DNA from: a virus | Strand: one strand, 5' to 3' | Length of the DNA: 64,000 bases | IMG/VR virus record: IMGVR_UViG_3300003323_000666 | Location: 7,766 to 71,765 of that record | Shown here: positions 46,913-56,178 of the stretch, in pieces | Numbering within the stretch: the stretch's first letter is position 1 | Layout of the letters: the number at the start of each line of letters is the position of its first letter | Program-made: the position numbers and the translations under genes | The notes under the pieces: generated by a model | What the model was told of the DNA's origin: nothing | The model's input: the letters and a program-made list of their open reading frames with translations, nothing else | The model's database searches: none

Positions 46913-48945
46913 GGATAAAATGTAATGATACCCATTCCTGCCGTAACATCGCCGGAAGCCCCACCCAATCCCCAAAGGCCAAATGATATGGGGGCTGTGT
47001 AATTAAGTCCCGTTATTTCAACATATGCAGAATTCATGCGACCAAAATCTACGGTCAATCGGCCCGTAGTAGTTCCCGTTCGAATAAATGCAACTCGAAC
47101 AGACCATCTTTCACCACTATATGCCGCTTGATCACTGGAAGAGGATCCGGTGCCATTTACAAACATCTGCAACCCCTTAGTATTTGCATTGGCGGCGAAA
47201 GCCCCTCCATACTCTGCAATTATATATTGTCCATTAGATGTGAGGGTATTTGAAGGGATAGAATATCCATATAATTGCGAAAAAGTACCAGAAGAACTAT
47301 TAGAAGCATCAGTAAAGAAAGTTGTTAAAGTCCTTGGGGCACTAGAAGTGACATTTGTTAATAAATTCTTGGTTCCGGTCACTTTCCAGGCTGCTCCATC
47401 GCTAATTATTGTTACGCCCTTGATCGTATCGCCTAATTCATAAGTAGTAAGCCCATCTATATTATTAGATGCCACGTAGCCTCTGCCACCATTAAAATCC
47501 TTTATAATGGAATAGATCTTCCCATAATTAGAAGGCGCTGCATTTGGGATTGTTACTGTAACTCCATTAGTAATGATATTCAATACCGTTTCAGAAGTCA
47601 AGCTGGCAGTAGAACTGGTGGACTTATTAACGATGGCGGCTCCATATCCGTCACTATAAGTAATCCCATTTTGAACAGATAGTTTATATGCCGGAGAAGT
47701 AGTTCCAATTCCCACAAATCCATCCGATCTACGACCATAAAGTAAATTGCCTAAAAAAACTCCCACATCATCAAATCTATTATAAATAAGATCAGAACCA
47801 GAATTAGATCCGGCTTCCACTCCCGTCAACCCCATTGTAATACGATCTAATGAATTATTCCTCATTAGCAGATGCGATTGTGAAGAACTTCCAGTCCCAG
47901 CATTGGTGAAAATCTTATTTAAAACGCCAGATCCAGATATATTAAAATTAGCAGATGATTGAGTTGTTGAAAAGTTATTATATATATAATTGCCACTATT
48001 GGGCTTTCTTCTTATGCTATCCCATGAAACGGCAATTGGGATAGACTGAATATTTGTTATCAAGCCTTTATTATCAACAGTCGCTCTTACCGAGGTTGTA
48101 TCAGATCCATATGTGCCTGGCGAAACACCATTTATAGGGAAATCGGAATTAGCTAATGATCTAAAGGATGGAGGGCCAGATACTCCATTTGGAGATGCAA
48201 ATACTAAATTGGCTAATTGATTAACAAACGATCCAGTTAGTATACCACTTGAAGTAACGGGTGATCCTGTAACATTAAATATCGGAGGCAGGGATAAGCC
48301 AACAGAAGTCACCGTTCCGGCAGGTGGGGGTGTAAATGGTATGTATTGAGAACCATTATATTGCAGCACCTGCCCCGTGGTTGGAGCAGTACCGATAACA
48401 GGGATACCTTGTATTTGATTAGCATTCCATAACGCTGTGGTATTTTGTGCGGAAATAGTGGCAACTGGATTAGTTGATAATGCTTGAGCCGTACCATTGC
48501 TTACATTAATACCTGTTCCGGCGATCCACCTAATTGTTTTAGCATTTGCGACAGGGTCACTCTCAGCAGAAAGATAATTTCTCGGATTAGACCAATAAGG
48601 ATAATAAATAGTAGAATCTGATATCTTTAGATATCCACTTCCATCAGAGACTCTACGATACCCAAATTTATCGCGATAGTAAACATAGTTGTCCTTTATT
48701 TGGTAAAGTAGGAGCCCATATTTAGGACTAGGAATATCTGCGGTATCCACTACTCGGGGAATGAGCATGGCCCTTGTCGAGCTGTCTTTACCTACTTCCA
48801 GATAAGAAGATGGATGCGTTAAGCTGCCATTAGTTTTTCCAACTCCTACCTGATAATAGTAGATATAATCTGATCCTTTAAATGGTGTTTGTCCAATCGC
48901 CATAAAGGACATAGAAATTAATAACATCAACAGAAAGAACCTCAT
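46909..48945 (-). CDS. Secreted fibre/adhesin-like protein (moron-like)
   Basis: MRFFLLMLLISMSFMAIG-Q; VGVG..HPSSYLEV..RAMLIPRV; GTVTSVGLS; VGIGTTSPAYKL. Confidence 0.75.
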   Translation of the reverse strand: MRFFLLMLLISMSFMAIGQTPFKGSDYIYYYQVGVGKTNGSLTHPSSYLEVGKDSSTRAMLIPRVVDTADIPSPKYGLLLYQIKDNYVYYRDKFGYRRVSDGSGYLKISDSTIYYPYWSNPRNYLSAESDPVANAKTIRWIAGTGINVSNGTAQALSTNPVATISAQNTTALWNANQIQGIPVIGTAPTTGQVLQYNGSQYIPFTPPPAGTVTSVGLSLPPIFNVTGSPVTSSGILTGSFVNQLANLVFASPNGVSGPPSFRSLANSDFPINGVSPGTYGSDTTSVRATVDNKGLITNIQSIPIAVSWDSIRRKPNSGNYIYNNFSTTQSSANFNISGSGVLNKIFTNAGTGSSSQSHLLMRNNSLDRITMGLTGVEAGSNSGSDLIYNRFDDVGVFLGNLLYGRRSDGFVGIGTTSPAYKLSVQNGITYSDGYGAAIVNKSTSSTASLTSETVLNIITNGVTVTIPNAAPSNYGKIYSIIKDFNGGRGYVASNNIDGLTTYELGDTIKGVTIISDGAAWKVTGTKNLLTNVTSSAPRTLTTFFTDASNSSSGTFSQLYGYSIPSNTLTSNGQYIIAEYGGAFAANANTKGLQMFVNGTGSSSSDQAAYSGERWSVRVAFIRTGTTTGRLTVDFGRMNSAYVEITGLNYTAPISFGLWGLGGASGDVTAGMGIITFYP

Positions 48946-48962
48946 AGAGAGCTGTATTTTTA

Positions 48963-48970
48963 CAAAAATA
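48963..48970 (-). promoter_or_regulatory. -7 promoter element for the secreted fibre-like gene
   Basis: TATTTTTG on minus strand, 17 nt before ATG. Confidence 0.6.
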
Positions 48971-48971
48971 C

Positions 48972-48998
48972 AAAAAGCCCGGCAAGAATACCGGGCTT
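48972..48998 (-). terminator. Terminator ending the replication operon
   Basis: AAGCCCGG-loop-CCGGGCTTTTT. Confidence 0.8.
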
Positions 48999-49017
48999 GT
49001 TCTCATTATGAAACCAA

Positions 49018-49338
49018 CTATATAAGTGAACTTGTTGAAGCCATTTTCTGAAGTTGCTGTAGTAATTTCACGTTGTCACATGATGAAATGAGTGTGCCTA
49101 AGGCGTCCATAATTTGCTGATCTAAAAGATTATCCGCAATCCATCTAATACCGCTAGATCGTCCCCCTGTTTCTATTTTTTGCACGTTATCGTATAATTC
49201 TTCCAGTTCATCCAGTTTTTCTTCTTCCTCTTCCTGAGCGCTTATCTCTTTTTCAATGTAATACTCAATATCATCTATACTATTTCTAGCGTTTGATATG
49301 TAACGCTTAGCATCTTCAAGGTAGTCTCTTTTTGACAT
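49018..49338 (-). CDS. Hypothetical acidic protein
   Basis: ORF. Confidence 0.6.
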   Translation of the reverse strand: MSKRDYLEDAKRYISNARNSIDDIEYYIEKEISAQEEEEEKLDELEELYDNVQKIETGGRSSGIRWIADNLLDQQIMDALGTLISSCDNVKLLQQLQKMASTSSLI

Positions 49339-49355
49339 ATTTTATTTATTTGGTG

Positions 49356-50438
49356 TTATTGAAATCCTAATCCCATAATTAAGCCAAAGTATCCAGGATC
49401 ATCGGGGTGTGAAAGGATGAAGCCGGCCTTATTATCTTCTTCCTGTAGGCGCACTGTGACATATTCATATGGCAACGCCCTCAAGCACCGAGACAATGTT
49501 CTGACACCAAACTCCACATTTGTTTTAAATCCAGAGCACTCAGAGTGTTCCACAGCTATATCAGCAACTAAATCTATGTCCATACCCGGTTGCTTACACT
49601 CAAGTATCATTCCCGAATCACACGAGTTTATTACTACATTCGGTATGACTTTCCCTCCCGAAACAGATATGGCGGTATCGCAGAATGATATAATATGATC
49701 CTTAAAAAGAGTCGCCCTATTATCACTCCCCTTACGATTAAAAAGTTTTTCCACTGGGAGTGGCGTGAAATCATTTTTTATGAAGCCATAAGTCGTAGTC
49801 CCGTTAGTAAAAAGATCGTAATTCCCTGCCGTATAATATTGACAGCCGTTTAGTGAGCCGACAAGTGTTGCGGCCTCTTTGTTTAAAGAAAACAATGGTA
49901 AAATCTCGTCAAACCGTTTAACATATAGGCCTCCATTTGATTCACAGCCATAAATCAGCGTATTATGTTGCCTAGGGACCGAGAATACAAATGAGAACTG
50001 ATTGGGTATTTCCATTTCCATCACGTAGTTCTTTGCCACGTCAATTGCCTCGGTCATCTCTGGAGATAGCGCTGTCATTTGGCCGTCACCCTCCGGAAAT
50101 TTTTGGTACATATCCGGGTTTTCTTTCGAGAACGTAATCTTGGAAACAGTATCAGAAATTTCTATGCCGTTTTTTCGTTGCTGGATATTTATTACGTCGT
50201 CAATAGTATTGCTTATCAACGCAGACAGCTTGCCTTCGTCAATGAGAATAGTGCAGTCCTCTTTTGATGCAACCTCTACCTGGTGTAGGCAGTAAGAATG
50301 AAGATTAGTCTTTGTGAATATTCCCACGTCTCCTTTTATCTCCAATTTAATATAATCCAAAATTGGGAGTACTCTATTTTGCTTAATAGGCTTGGAAAGT
50401 TTCAGAAATTCTTTAAGCTCCTTTGTTGATATAATCAT
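49356..50438 (-). CDS. dnaN: DNA polymerase III beta sliding clamp-like protein
   Basis: 360 aa; VLPILDYIKLE, TNL, C-terminal YFGLIM as in DnaN; divergent. Confidence 0.75.
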   Translation of the reverse strand: MIISTKELKEFLKLSKPIKQNRVLPILDYIKLEIKGDVGIFTKTNLHSYCLHQVEVASKEDCTILIDEGKLSALISNTIDDVINIQQRKNGIEISDTVSKITFSKENPDMYQKFPEGDGQMTALSPEMTEAIDVAKNYVMEMEIPNQFSFVFSVPRQHNTLIYGCESNGGLYVKRFDEILPLFSLNKEAATLVGSLNGCQYYTAGNYDLFTNGTTTYGFIKNDFTPLPVEKLFNRKGSDNRATLFKDHIISFCDTAISVSGGKVIPNVVINSCDSGMILECKQPGMDIDLVADIAVEHSECSGFKTNVEFGVRTLSRCLRALPYEYVTVRLQEEDNKAGFILSHPDDPGYFGLIMGLGFQ

Positions 50439-50856
50439 GCAGATCTTTTAATACGTTTTTAAAATCTTTTGCTGTGTATCTAAAAACAGTAATGCCCATC
50501 TTCGCGGCTTCTCGGTATTTTTCTACGTCACCAGAATATCCTCCTTGGGTTGTGTGTCGGCTTTTCTTTGAGAAAATTCCTTCATACTCACATGCCACTT
50601 TGAGTGTAGGGATAAAAAAATCAAATCGCCATTTCCTAATGGGGTGAAATTTCCATTCCCGTTCTACCATTATTCCGCTCTTCATTGCCCAATCGGCCAA
50701 CAATCCCCACATAGCTTGTGCTTGTTCACACCGTCCACCTGGAGGTACTTTATAGTGTTTCTTCTCTGGTTGTTTCGCCATCTCAAATGCCATCTTATTC
50801 AACTGTGCAACCTTCGACTTTCTAAGATCTTCTAATGTAAAACGAATCTTTTTCAT
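50413..50856 (-). CDS. PD-(D/E)XK Vsr/DUF559-like endonuclease
   Basis: EWKFHPIRKWRFDF...KVACEYEG...RH...D.EKY. Confidence 0.85.
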   Translation of the reverse strand: MKKIRFTLEDLRKSKVAQLNKMAFEMAKQPEKKHYKVPPGGRCEQAQAMWGLLADWAMKSGIMVEREWKFHPIRKWRFDFFIPTLKVACEYEGIFSKKSRHTTQGGYSGDVEKYREAAKMGITVFRYTAKDFKNVLKDLHDYINKGA

Positions 50857-51683
50857 AAAATAGATTTGATCTGATGTCCTGATAGCCGCTCAAATATGTA
50901 TAACAAAGTACGTCTCTTCCCATCATTAATTATGATTTGCTCCTCTCCAAACGAAAGGCTGTCTGATAGAAAGTCTTGTAACAACATCTTTGCCTTATCT
51001 CGCTCTTGCTTATCCTTATTTGGAAGAAGTAACTGCTCCTTTCTATGTTCTTTTGCCAAATGATAGAATCGGTTTCTAACCGGTTCGGGCGGGATAAGGT
51101 CTGGTCGTTTTGCCTTTATCACATCATACGCCATCCAACAGTATGCAAGCCTTGGCTCCGTCATGTCGCCTGCTAAATAATGCGCATATAGTCCATTCAC
51201 AAGTTGTTTGTCCTGCATATCAATCTCTTCTTTCGTTGGATTTCGCTCGACAACTGGCGGCGGTTCAGACAACTTTCGGTGCGTTGCCGCACGTTTTGAT
51301 TTATATGCTGTCAAAACCTGGCCAATGTGTTCAATTGTCAAGTAGCCACCATAGAAAATCACTTTTTCATCACCCGACTCTGTTGCATTTATTGAAAAGG
51401 CAGCGACCACTTCGTCAATTGTAAGATTACCATAGTGACATAATAAAAACTTACAGATTTCCTCAGCGAACATATCAGCTGAGGATTCATCGGTTTTAAG
51501 ACCGGTGATAACAGTAATCCTTTTAACGAGGTCGGACATCTTACTGCCTATGGAACGTCCGTTAATAGACTTTATTTTAGTCCCTTGGGCACATTGCTGT
51601 ATTAATACGTCCCTGGAGGTTAGCGAAAGCGGACTCCGTTGCTTTGAAACTATTACTGATCGCTGTTGCTCGTGATGTTCCAT
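50853..51683 (-). CDS. Replication-associated protein (helicase-loader position)
   Basis: Follows initiator-like gene; YGNLTIDEVVAAF motif. Confidence 0.5.
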   Translation of the reverse strand: MEHHEQQRSVIVSKQRSPLSLTSRDVLIQQCAQGTKIKSINGRSIGSKMSDLVKRITVITGLKTDESSADMFAEEICKFLLCHYGNLTIDEVVAAFSINATESGDEKVIFYGGYLTIEHIGQVLTAYKSKRAATHRKLSEPPPVVERNPTKEEIDMQDKQLVNGLYAHYLAGDMTEPRLAYCWMAYDVIKAKRPDLIPPEPVRNRFYHLAKEHRKEQLLLPNKDKQERDKAKMLLQDFLSDSLSFGEEQIIINDGKRRTLLYIFERLSGHQIKSIL

Positions 51684-51906
51684 TTGGCATGTTTTTCGGA
51701 ATATAAATGCCTTCCCAAGTGAGGCGCATACATTCGTATATTACAAATACGGCCTGCTCCACTGTTAGCCGATTTGTTCTGAACCATCTCAATTGCTGCA
51801 TGATGGACCTCTTGCTTTTATATGGCCTTTTTATTTCTTTTCTATAGGCAATCCATTCTTCCCAAGCGGATTTAAATTCTGGCTCTTGATAAGGAAGTTC
51901 CTCCAT
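51577..51906 (-). CDS. Replication-initiator C-terminal-domain-like protein
   Basis: AWEEWIAYRKEIK.P...W.GIY motif. Confidence 0.6.
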   Translation of the reverse strand: MEELPYQEPEFKSAWEEWIAYRKEIKRPYKSKRSIMQQLRWFRTNRLTVEQAVFVIYECMRLTWEGIYIPKNMPNGTSRATAISNSFKATESAFANLQGRINTAMCPRD

Positions 51907-51918
51907 GAAAACAAGTTT

Positions 51919-52107
51919 TTAAATTTCAACATCTGGATACCAATCATTGTCAAAATCATAACTTGTAGTTGGTGGTGGGTGATAGCCGGTATGTCCACAA
52001 TCTCTACAGGAATACATTTTCATGTCATGAAAAAATCCAATAAAGGATATGTTTTCTTTGCCACAACAGTGACAGTATGGTGTTTTTTCTTGCATATTTA
52101 AAAACAA
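51919..52107 (-). CDS. Zinc-ribbon protein
   Basis: CHCCG...CRDCG. Confidence 0.55.
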   Translation of the reverse strand: MFLNMQEKTPYCHCCGKENISFIGFFHDMKMYSCRDCGHTGYHPPPTTSYDFDNDWYPDVEI

Positions 52108-52373
52108 ACTTTAGCCCAACCATCAATGTCAAAAAAGCCATCTGTTCCCTCCCAGGGGAAGTCATTATTGAAAAGCGATTTTTCTCTTTTCTTGACGGCA
52201 TACACATATTTAAACCCTTGCAATAGCCCTCCGCATTGTATAGCATCGCGCACCTCAACATACCTTATTCCCAGCTCTTTCACTATCTCAGCTATTTTTC
52301 TATATTCCGCTAACTCCGTTATACCATCATGATCTAATTTTAAAATACAATTCCCATTTTTACCCCTTCCCAT
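52098..52373 (-). CDS. Small HTH-like (NUMOD1-like) protein
   Basis: EYRKIAEIVKELGI. Confidence 0.45.
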   Translation of the reverse strand: MGRGKNGNCILKLDHDGITELAEYRKIAEIVKELGIRYVEVRDAIQCGGLLQGFKYVYAVKKREKSLFNNDFPWEGTDGFFDIDGWAKVCF

Positions 52374-52767
52374 TTGTCTTCGATTTAATTAATTCAATAA
52401 TAGCCTTATAGTCATCCTTATATTCGTTTTCATGCTTTGCTTCTAACAACTCTTTGACCACCAATACGGAATGCATAGATGTTGTATGATCTTTCCCATA
52501 CATTTCTCCAATAGATTTATGGGTCATTTCAGTAAATACTTTTAGTATATAAGATAATATTTGTCTCGGTTTAAGATGTGTTCTTTTTTGAGATCTACCA
52601 CAAATAACTTCCAAAGGACGCCCATAATATTCACATACGGCGCTACAAACGTTTTTTTTTGAAAACATTCTAATGGCCCCGATAGTATTTTTCTTGTCAT
52701 TGAGCATATATGGCCTAATAATGCCAGGTATACAATAAGCTGCACTATGCGTACTAGGGATAAGCAT
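52360..52767 (-). CDS. Stand-alone DnaA C-terminal (domain IV) DNA-binding protein
   Basis: VCEYYG...PRQILSYI...SIGEMYGKDHTTSMHSV. Confidence 0.85.
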   Translation of the reverse strand: MLIPSTHSAAYCIPGIIRPYMLNDKKNTIGAIRMFSKKNVCSAVCEYYGRPLEVICGRSQKRTHLKPRQILSYILKVFTEMTHKSIGEMYGKDHTTSMHSVLVVKELLEAKHENEYKDDYKAIIELIKSKTNGKG

Positions 52768-52776
52768 GTTTAATTA

Positions 52777-53430
52777 CTATTTTATCTTTAAACGTTTTTC
52801 AATTTGCTCCTTATATTCAAGCGCTTTTTCTATTTTTAGCATCATCTTTTCCTCATTTGCCTTTTCTTTCTCACGATACAGCCTAAATATAAACAATCCT
52901 AAATCACTATCGATACGAGGATCGAAAGAAACAAAGTCGCACCAGTCGGCGTTACACACCCTCATATTGCTCACCATTTGCCAATATTCTTCTTTATGAA
53001 TATCATCTATGGACTCTATTAGGCAATGCTCTAGGTGATGTGCCGGATCATATGGTGCTTTTATTTCTATTATCCCATTACCCACCTTTATTCTCCCATC
53101 AGGGGATCCTCCATATCCAGGAATATCAGATTGAATAAACTCGCATTCGGATACCACATTCCCTGTTTTAAGATGATAGTGATATCTCGCCATATCTTCT
53201 GCCGCCTTCCCCCAAGAAGTAGGCTCTGTTTTTAATTCAAAAGGCACAGATACTTTAGATGCAATTACCTCCAATACATACGCTTTAGCCCCCTCTGATA
53301 AATTACCTGCTTCTATATCGGCCTTTAGCTTTGGTTTAGTCATAAGCCTATATATAGCTGAGGACGTAATATATCCTTTACGAGAATCTTTCCATTCCTG
53401 ACTCCCCTGTTTTACTTGTTCTTCATCCAT
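52777..53430 (-). CDS. YqaJ / lambda-exonuclease family recombination nuclease
   Basis: QGSQEWKDSRKGYITSS; GSPDG..IIEIKAP; DFVSFDPR. Confidence 0.92.
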   Translation of the reverse strand: MDEEQVKQGSQEWKDSRKGYITSSAIYRLMTKPKLKADIEAGNLSEGAKAYVLEVIASKVSVPFELKTEPTSWGKAAEDMARYHYHLKTGNVVSECEFIQSDIPGYGGSPDGRIKVGNGIIEIKAPYDPAHHLEHCLIESIDDIHKEEYWQMVSNMRVCNADWCDFVSFDPRIDSDLGLFIFRLYREKEKANEEKMMLKIEKALEYKEQIEKRLKIK

Positions 53431-53978
53431 CTTTCAGCAATATTAGTATAAGCATTATCACCAATGACATTATTTCTATTAAGGTCTTTTCCGAATATAC
53501 GACCAAATTTTTCAGCTGCATCTTTAATTGCATAACTTTCTGCGGATGGCAAGGCCATCATGACAGCTCCATTTTTAATTTTTGATAAATCCGCAGCTGA
53601 AGCGCCGGCATCGGTTTGTATTGGTGCCGCTCCAACTCCGTCCTGCGATATTTCTTCTCCATTCAGTGGATTAATCACTTTGAGCCGCACATGTACATAT
53701 ACGCTTTGGAATAACACACCACAAGATATGATTTCAACTGACCATCTTTGAAATATTTTAGTCAATAGAAATTCAACCTTTTCTATGGGAATAAATTGAA
53801 GCGGAACGCTTTTTCCTTGATCGTTTTTGACATTAATAAATGGATGCGGCTTTAGCCATGTATCAGGTGGTTTTTGATTGAGTAGATAATTGAGTTGATC
53901 ATTTTTAAACGCCACCTCCGTATCGTGCTGTAGCTCTTCTAGCGTAGGCAGCTTCTTTTCATCTTTCATCAATTCCAT
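53412..53978 (-). CDS. Rad52/Sak-like ssDNA annealing protein
   Basis: VHVRLKV..QDGVGA...AESYAIKDAAEKFG.IFGKDLNR; adjacent to exonuclease. Confidence 0.8.
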   Translation of the reverse strand: MELMKDEKKLPTLEELQHDTEVAFKNDQLNYLLNQKPPDTWLKPHPFINVKNDQGKSVPLQFIPIEKVEFLLTKIFQRWSVEIISCGVLFQSVYVHVRLKVINPLNGEEISQDGVGAAPIQTDAGASAADLSKIKNGAVMMALPSAESYAIKDAAEKFGRIFGKDLNRNNVIGDNAYTNIAERWMKNK

Positions 53979-53987
53979 AAACAGAGA

Positions 53988-54590
53988 TTAAATTCCAAAT
54001 TTGTTGTCTGCGGTTATTTCCAAATCCTCCAGCTCCCTTTGAGCGTTCTTGATTGCAGTCTTTAATTCATTGCGTTTCTGAACAGTAAATCTTTTTTTTG
54101 CCATCTCAACCAGTTCAGAATAGGGCCGGCGGACATCTGCCCATTTCCCCAGCAAATACTTTTCTGAATAGGCCCTTTTCCAGTATTCTTCTTTCTCCTT
54201 ATAGCCATCCATAACCGCATACCCGACACATGCTGGATCAGGAGTATTTTCATCATACCATATTTCTATGAAGTCGAAGTATTTTTCTCTTCTTGAAAGA
54301 GATATCAACTCCAATATTTCTATCGGTATAGGGGTTTTGTTGTAGTCAATTACATCAACCTTTCTTGGGCAAAGAGTCGAGAATACATTTTCCGTAGACT
54401 GATTCATCCACATAAACGGTATAGGGGACTTGTCATCTTTTAATAGCTTTTTTTGCCCTTTGAGGTCTAAAAAGGAAATCATGTCATTCCACCTGGTAAG
54501 CTCATCATTGTCATGAATTAGAGAGATAGTTTCCTCTATAAAGAAAGTTTCAACAACTGTCTTCATTTCATTTGAATTGTTTTGTAACAT
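53988..54590 (-). CDS. Conserved hypothetical protein
   Basis: 200-aa ORF. Confidence 0.7.
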   Translation of the reverse strand: MLQNNSNEMKTVVETFFIEETISLIHDNDELTRWNDMISFLDLKGQKKLLKDDKSPIPFMWMNQSTENVFSTLCPRKVDVIDYNKTPIPIEILELISLSRREKYFDFIEIWYDENTPDPACVGYAVMDGYKEKEEYWKRAYSEKYLLGKWADVRRPYSELVEMAKKRFTVQKRNELKTAIKNAQRELEDLEITADNKFGI

Positions 54591-54592
54591 AT

Positions 54593-54847
54593 TTATTTGG
54601 TGTTTAGTGTTTCTATTTCTTCAGCTGTGATATCAACATCATAACCATTTTCTTTGACAATAGAGATAATTCGTCCCAATGATAGCGATTTATCACTACG
54701 TCCGGATGTTGAATAATGTGAATAATAAATATATTTAAATTTGACAGCCAGTTCCTTATTTGATTCAAGCAGAGACTCGAACGCTGAAGCTAATTTTGGA
54801 TAAAGCTCCCTGAGCCTTACATCGTTGTATCCCTTATCTACTTTCAT
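54593..54847 (-). CDS. Hypothetical protein
   Basis: First gene of replication/recombination operon. Confidence 0.6.
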   Translation of the reverse strand: MKVDKGYNDVRLRELYPKLASAFESLLESNKELAVKFKYIYYSHYSTSGRSDKSLSLGRIISIVKENGYDVDITAEEIETLNTK

Positions 54848-55043
54848 TTTTTGTAGTAAAGATAGCGATGTTTTGCGAAAAAGAAAAGGCTATTTTACAT
54901 TGTTTTTAATGTACTTTATTCCTAATGCCACCAATACAATGAGTATAGATCCAATAACATATGGAGCATATAGATTGAAAAAGCATGACAGGTAAATATA
55001 AAGCACTAAAAATGTTAAAATAATCAATTTCAAGGTAAGTGAT

Positions 55044-55241
55044 TTATTTGTTGTGGTTTACTCTAGTTTCGAACTCCCTATCGGATTCGTCCTCAGCAAA
55101 TGTGATCCATCGCCATGCATACCTAATGTTGATTAGAAGATGTTCATGATAACTGCACCTGTAATGCTTCTCTTTTTCATACATCCACCAAGGGAGCACA
55201 CCAAACCACAAGCAGTTAAGTATTGCCTTTATCCGCATCAT
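55044..55241 (-). CDS. Hypothetical protein
   Basis: Coupled ORF. Confidence 0.55.
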   Translation of the reverse strand: MMRIKAILNCLWFGVLPWWMYEKEKHYRCSYHEHLLINIRYAWRWITFAEDESDREFETRVNHNK

Positions 55242-55482
55242 TGTTGCCGACCTCCTTTGCCGGTGTTTTGTTTATACGTAGAGGTATTGAAAGATTCTTC
55301 ATTACAGATTGTATATCAGATGGTATACAAGGCACCTGAAGTCTTGTCCAATGATTGCCAAGCCCATTATACATAAATGCACCATTCGATAACTTCCTTT
55401 TACTTCCACATTTTTTGCAAATCTGAATGACAGACTTAATACTCTTCTTTTCCCACTCATGCTGGTTTATTGTCTGTTCCAT
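55216..55482 (-). CDS. HEW..CxxC..PC family small protein (A1)
   Basis: MEQTINQHEW start identical to 60360..60572. Confidence 0.7.
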   Translation of the reverse strand: MEQTINQHEWEKKSIKSVIQICKKCGSKRKLSNGAFMYNGLGNHWTRLQVPCIPSDIQSVMKNLSIPLRINKTPAKEVGNNDADKGNT

Positions 55483-55487
55483 AGTTT
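55453..55487. repeat. Junction repeat R1, copy A (35 bp; identical copy at 60543-60577)
   Basis: ccactcatgctggtttattgtctgttccatagttt. Confidence 0.95.
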
Positions 55488-55491
55488 GATG

Positions 55492-55752
55492 CTATTTACC
55501 GCAAGTATGCGGAGGTGTTCTTCTGAATCTTACTCCATGTTTCAGCATGGCGCACGCAGTACAATTATTCCTTCTGTATTGATCTGGATTAATGGTAGAG
55601 ACATGCTTCACACGCGTGTCTTCGTATTGATATCCAGTATCAAAGCAAAACTGCTTTCTCGCCCCCTCTTCTGAATCAGTCCAATATCCAGACATCACAG
55701 GTTGATCAGGGTGTTTGGTCTGTTCAATGATGTAGTATGCTTTCTTTTCCAT
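55492..55752 (-). CDS. Hypothetical protein (A2)
   Basis: ORF between repeats R1 and R2. Confidence 0.65.
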   Translation of the reverse strand: MEKKAYYIIEQTKHPDQPVMSGYWTDSEEGARKQFCFDTGYQYEDTRVKHVSTINPDQYRRNNCTACAMLKHGVRFRRTPPHTCGK

Positions 55753-55936
55753 TGTCTGTGGTTTGTCTGGTTATGCATTTGGGTAACGTGCTTAGTATTA
55801 CTCCATTCTTGTCTCTATATATGTACCGTCTTCCTCCATTCCAATAAGATTCTTGAAGCGATCTATGAACTTGACAGTGAATACACTTCCCATATACATG
55901 GTTTTCCCACTCATGCTTTGTTATCTGTCCTTTCAT
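55724..55936 (-). CDS. HEW..CxxC..PC family small protein (A3)
   Basis: MKGQITKHEWE...CITRQTTDNGK shared with 60811..61005. Confidence 0.7.
   Translation of the reverse strand: MKGQITKHEWENHVYGKCIHCQVHRSLQESYWNGGRRYIYRDKNGVILSTLPKCITRQTTDNGKESILHH
55745..55779. repeat. Junction repeat R2, copy A (35 bp; identical copy at 60817-60851)
   Basis: ttttccattgtctgtggtttgtctggttatgcatt. Confidence 0.95.
55904..55936. repeat. Junction repeat R3, copy A (31/33 match to 60973-61005)
   Basis: ttcccactcatgcttt[g/a]ttatctgt[c/t]ctttcat. Confidence 0.9.
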
Positions 55937-56178
55937 ATGCTATGATTATAGTAGTTGCCATTATGACACTTCATGCCGTGGTACTCTTCAGGCGTAGCAT
56001 GTCTCCAATATTTTGAAGGCCGCAATTGTTCGCCCTTCTCTATGAATCGCATTTTGCCACGCTGTACCTCATCTCCTTCGGCTGAAGTATATGACGTATG
56101 GCAAACCACCCATCTGTTTTCCACGTTCGGGATGTCTTTAAATATCTCCTGTATTGTTATCTGTCCTTTCTCACTCAT
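55933..56178 (-). CDS. Hypothetical protein (A4; starts MSEKGQIT)
   Basis: Start moved to the internal ATG, after an AGGAGG motif. Confidence 0.6.
   Translation of the reverse strand: MSEKGQITIQEIFKDIPNVENRWVVCHTSYTSAEGDEVQRGKMRFIEKGEQLRPSKYWRHATPEEYHGMKCHNGNYYNHSI

Noticed and set aside
39229-48945. Diversity-generating retroelement acting on fibres
   Set aside because: No reverse transcriptase in the window and no adenine-specific TR/VR pair noticed.
12442-48945. Numerous antisense and alternate-frame ORFs in the track over structural genes
   Set aside because: Shadow ORFs with no motifs or start context; only 32847..32993 had a recognisable protein sequence.
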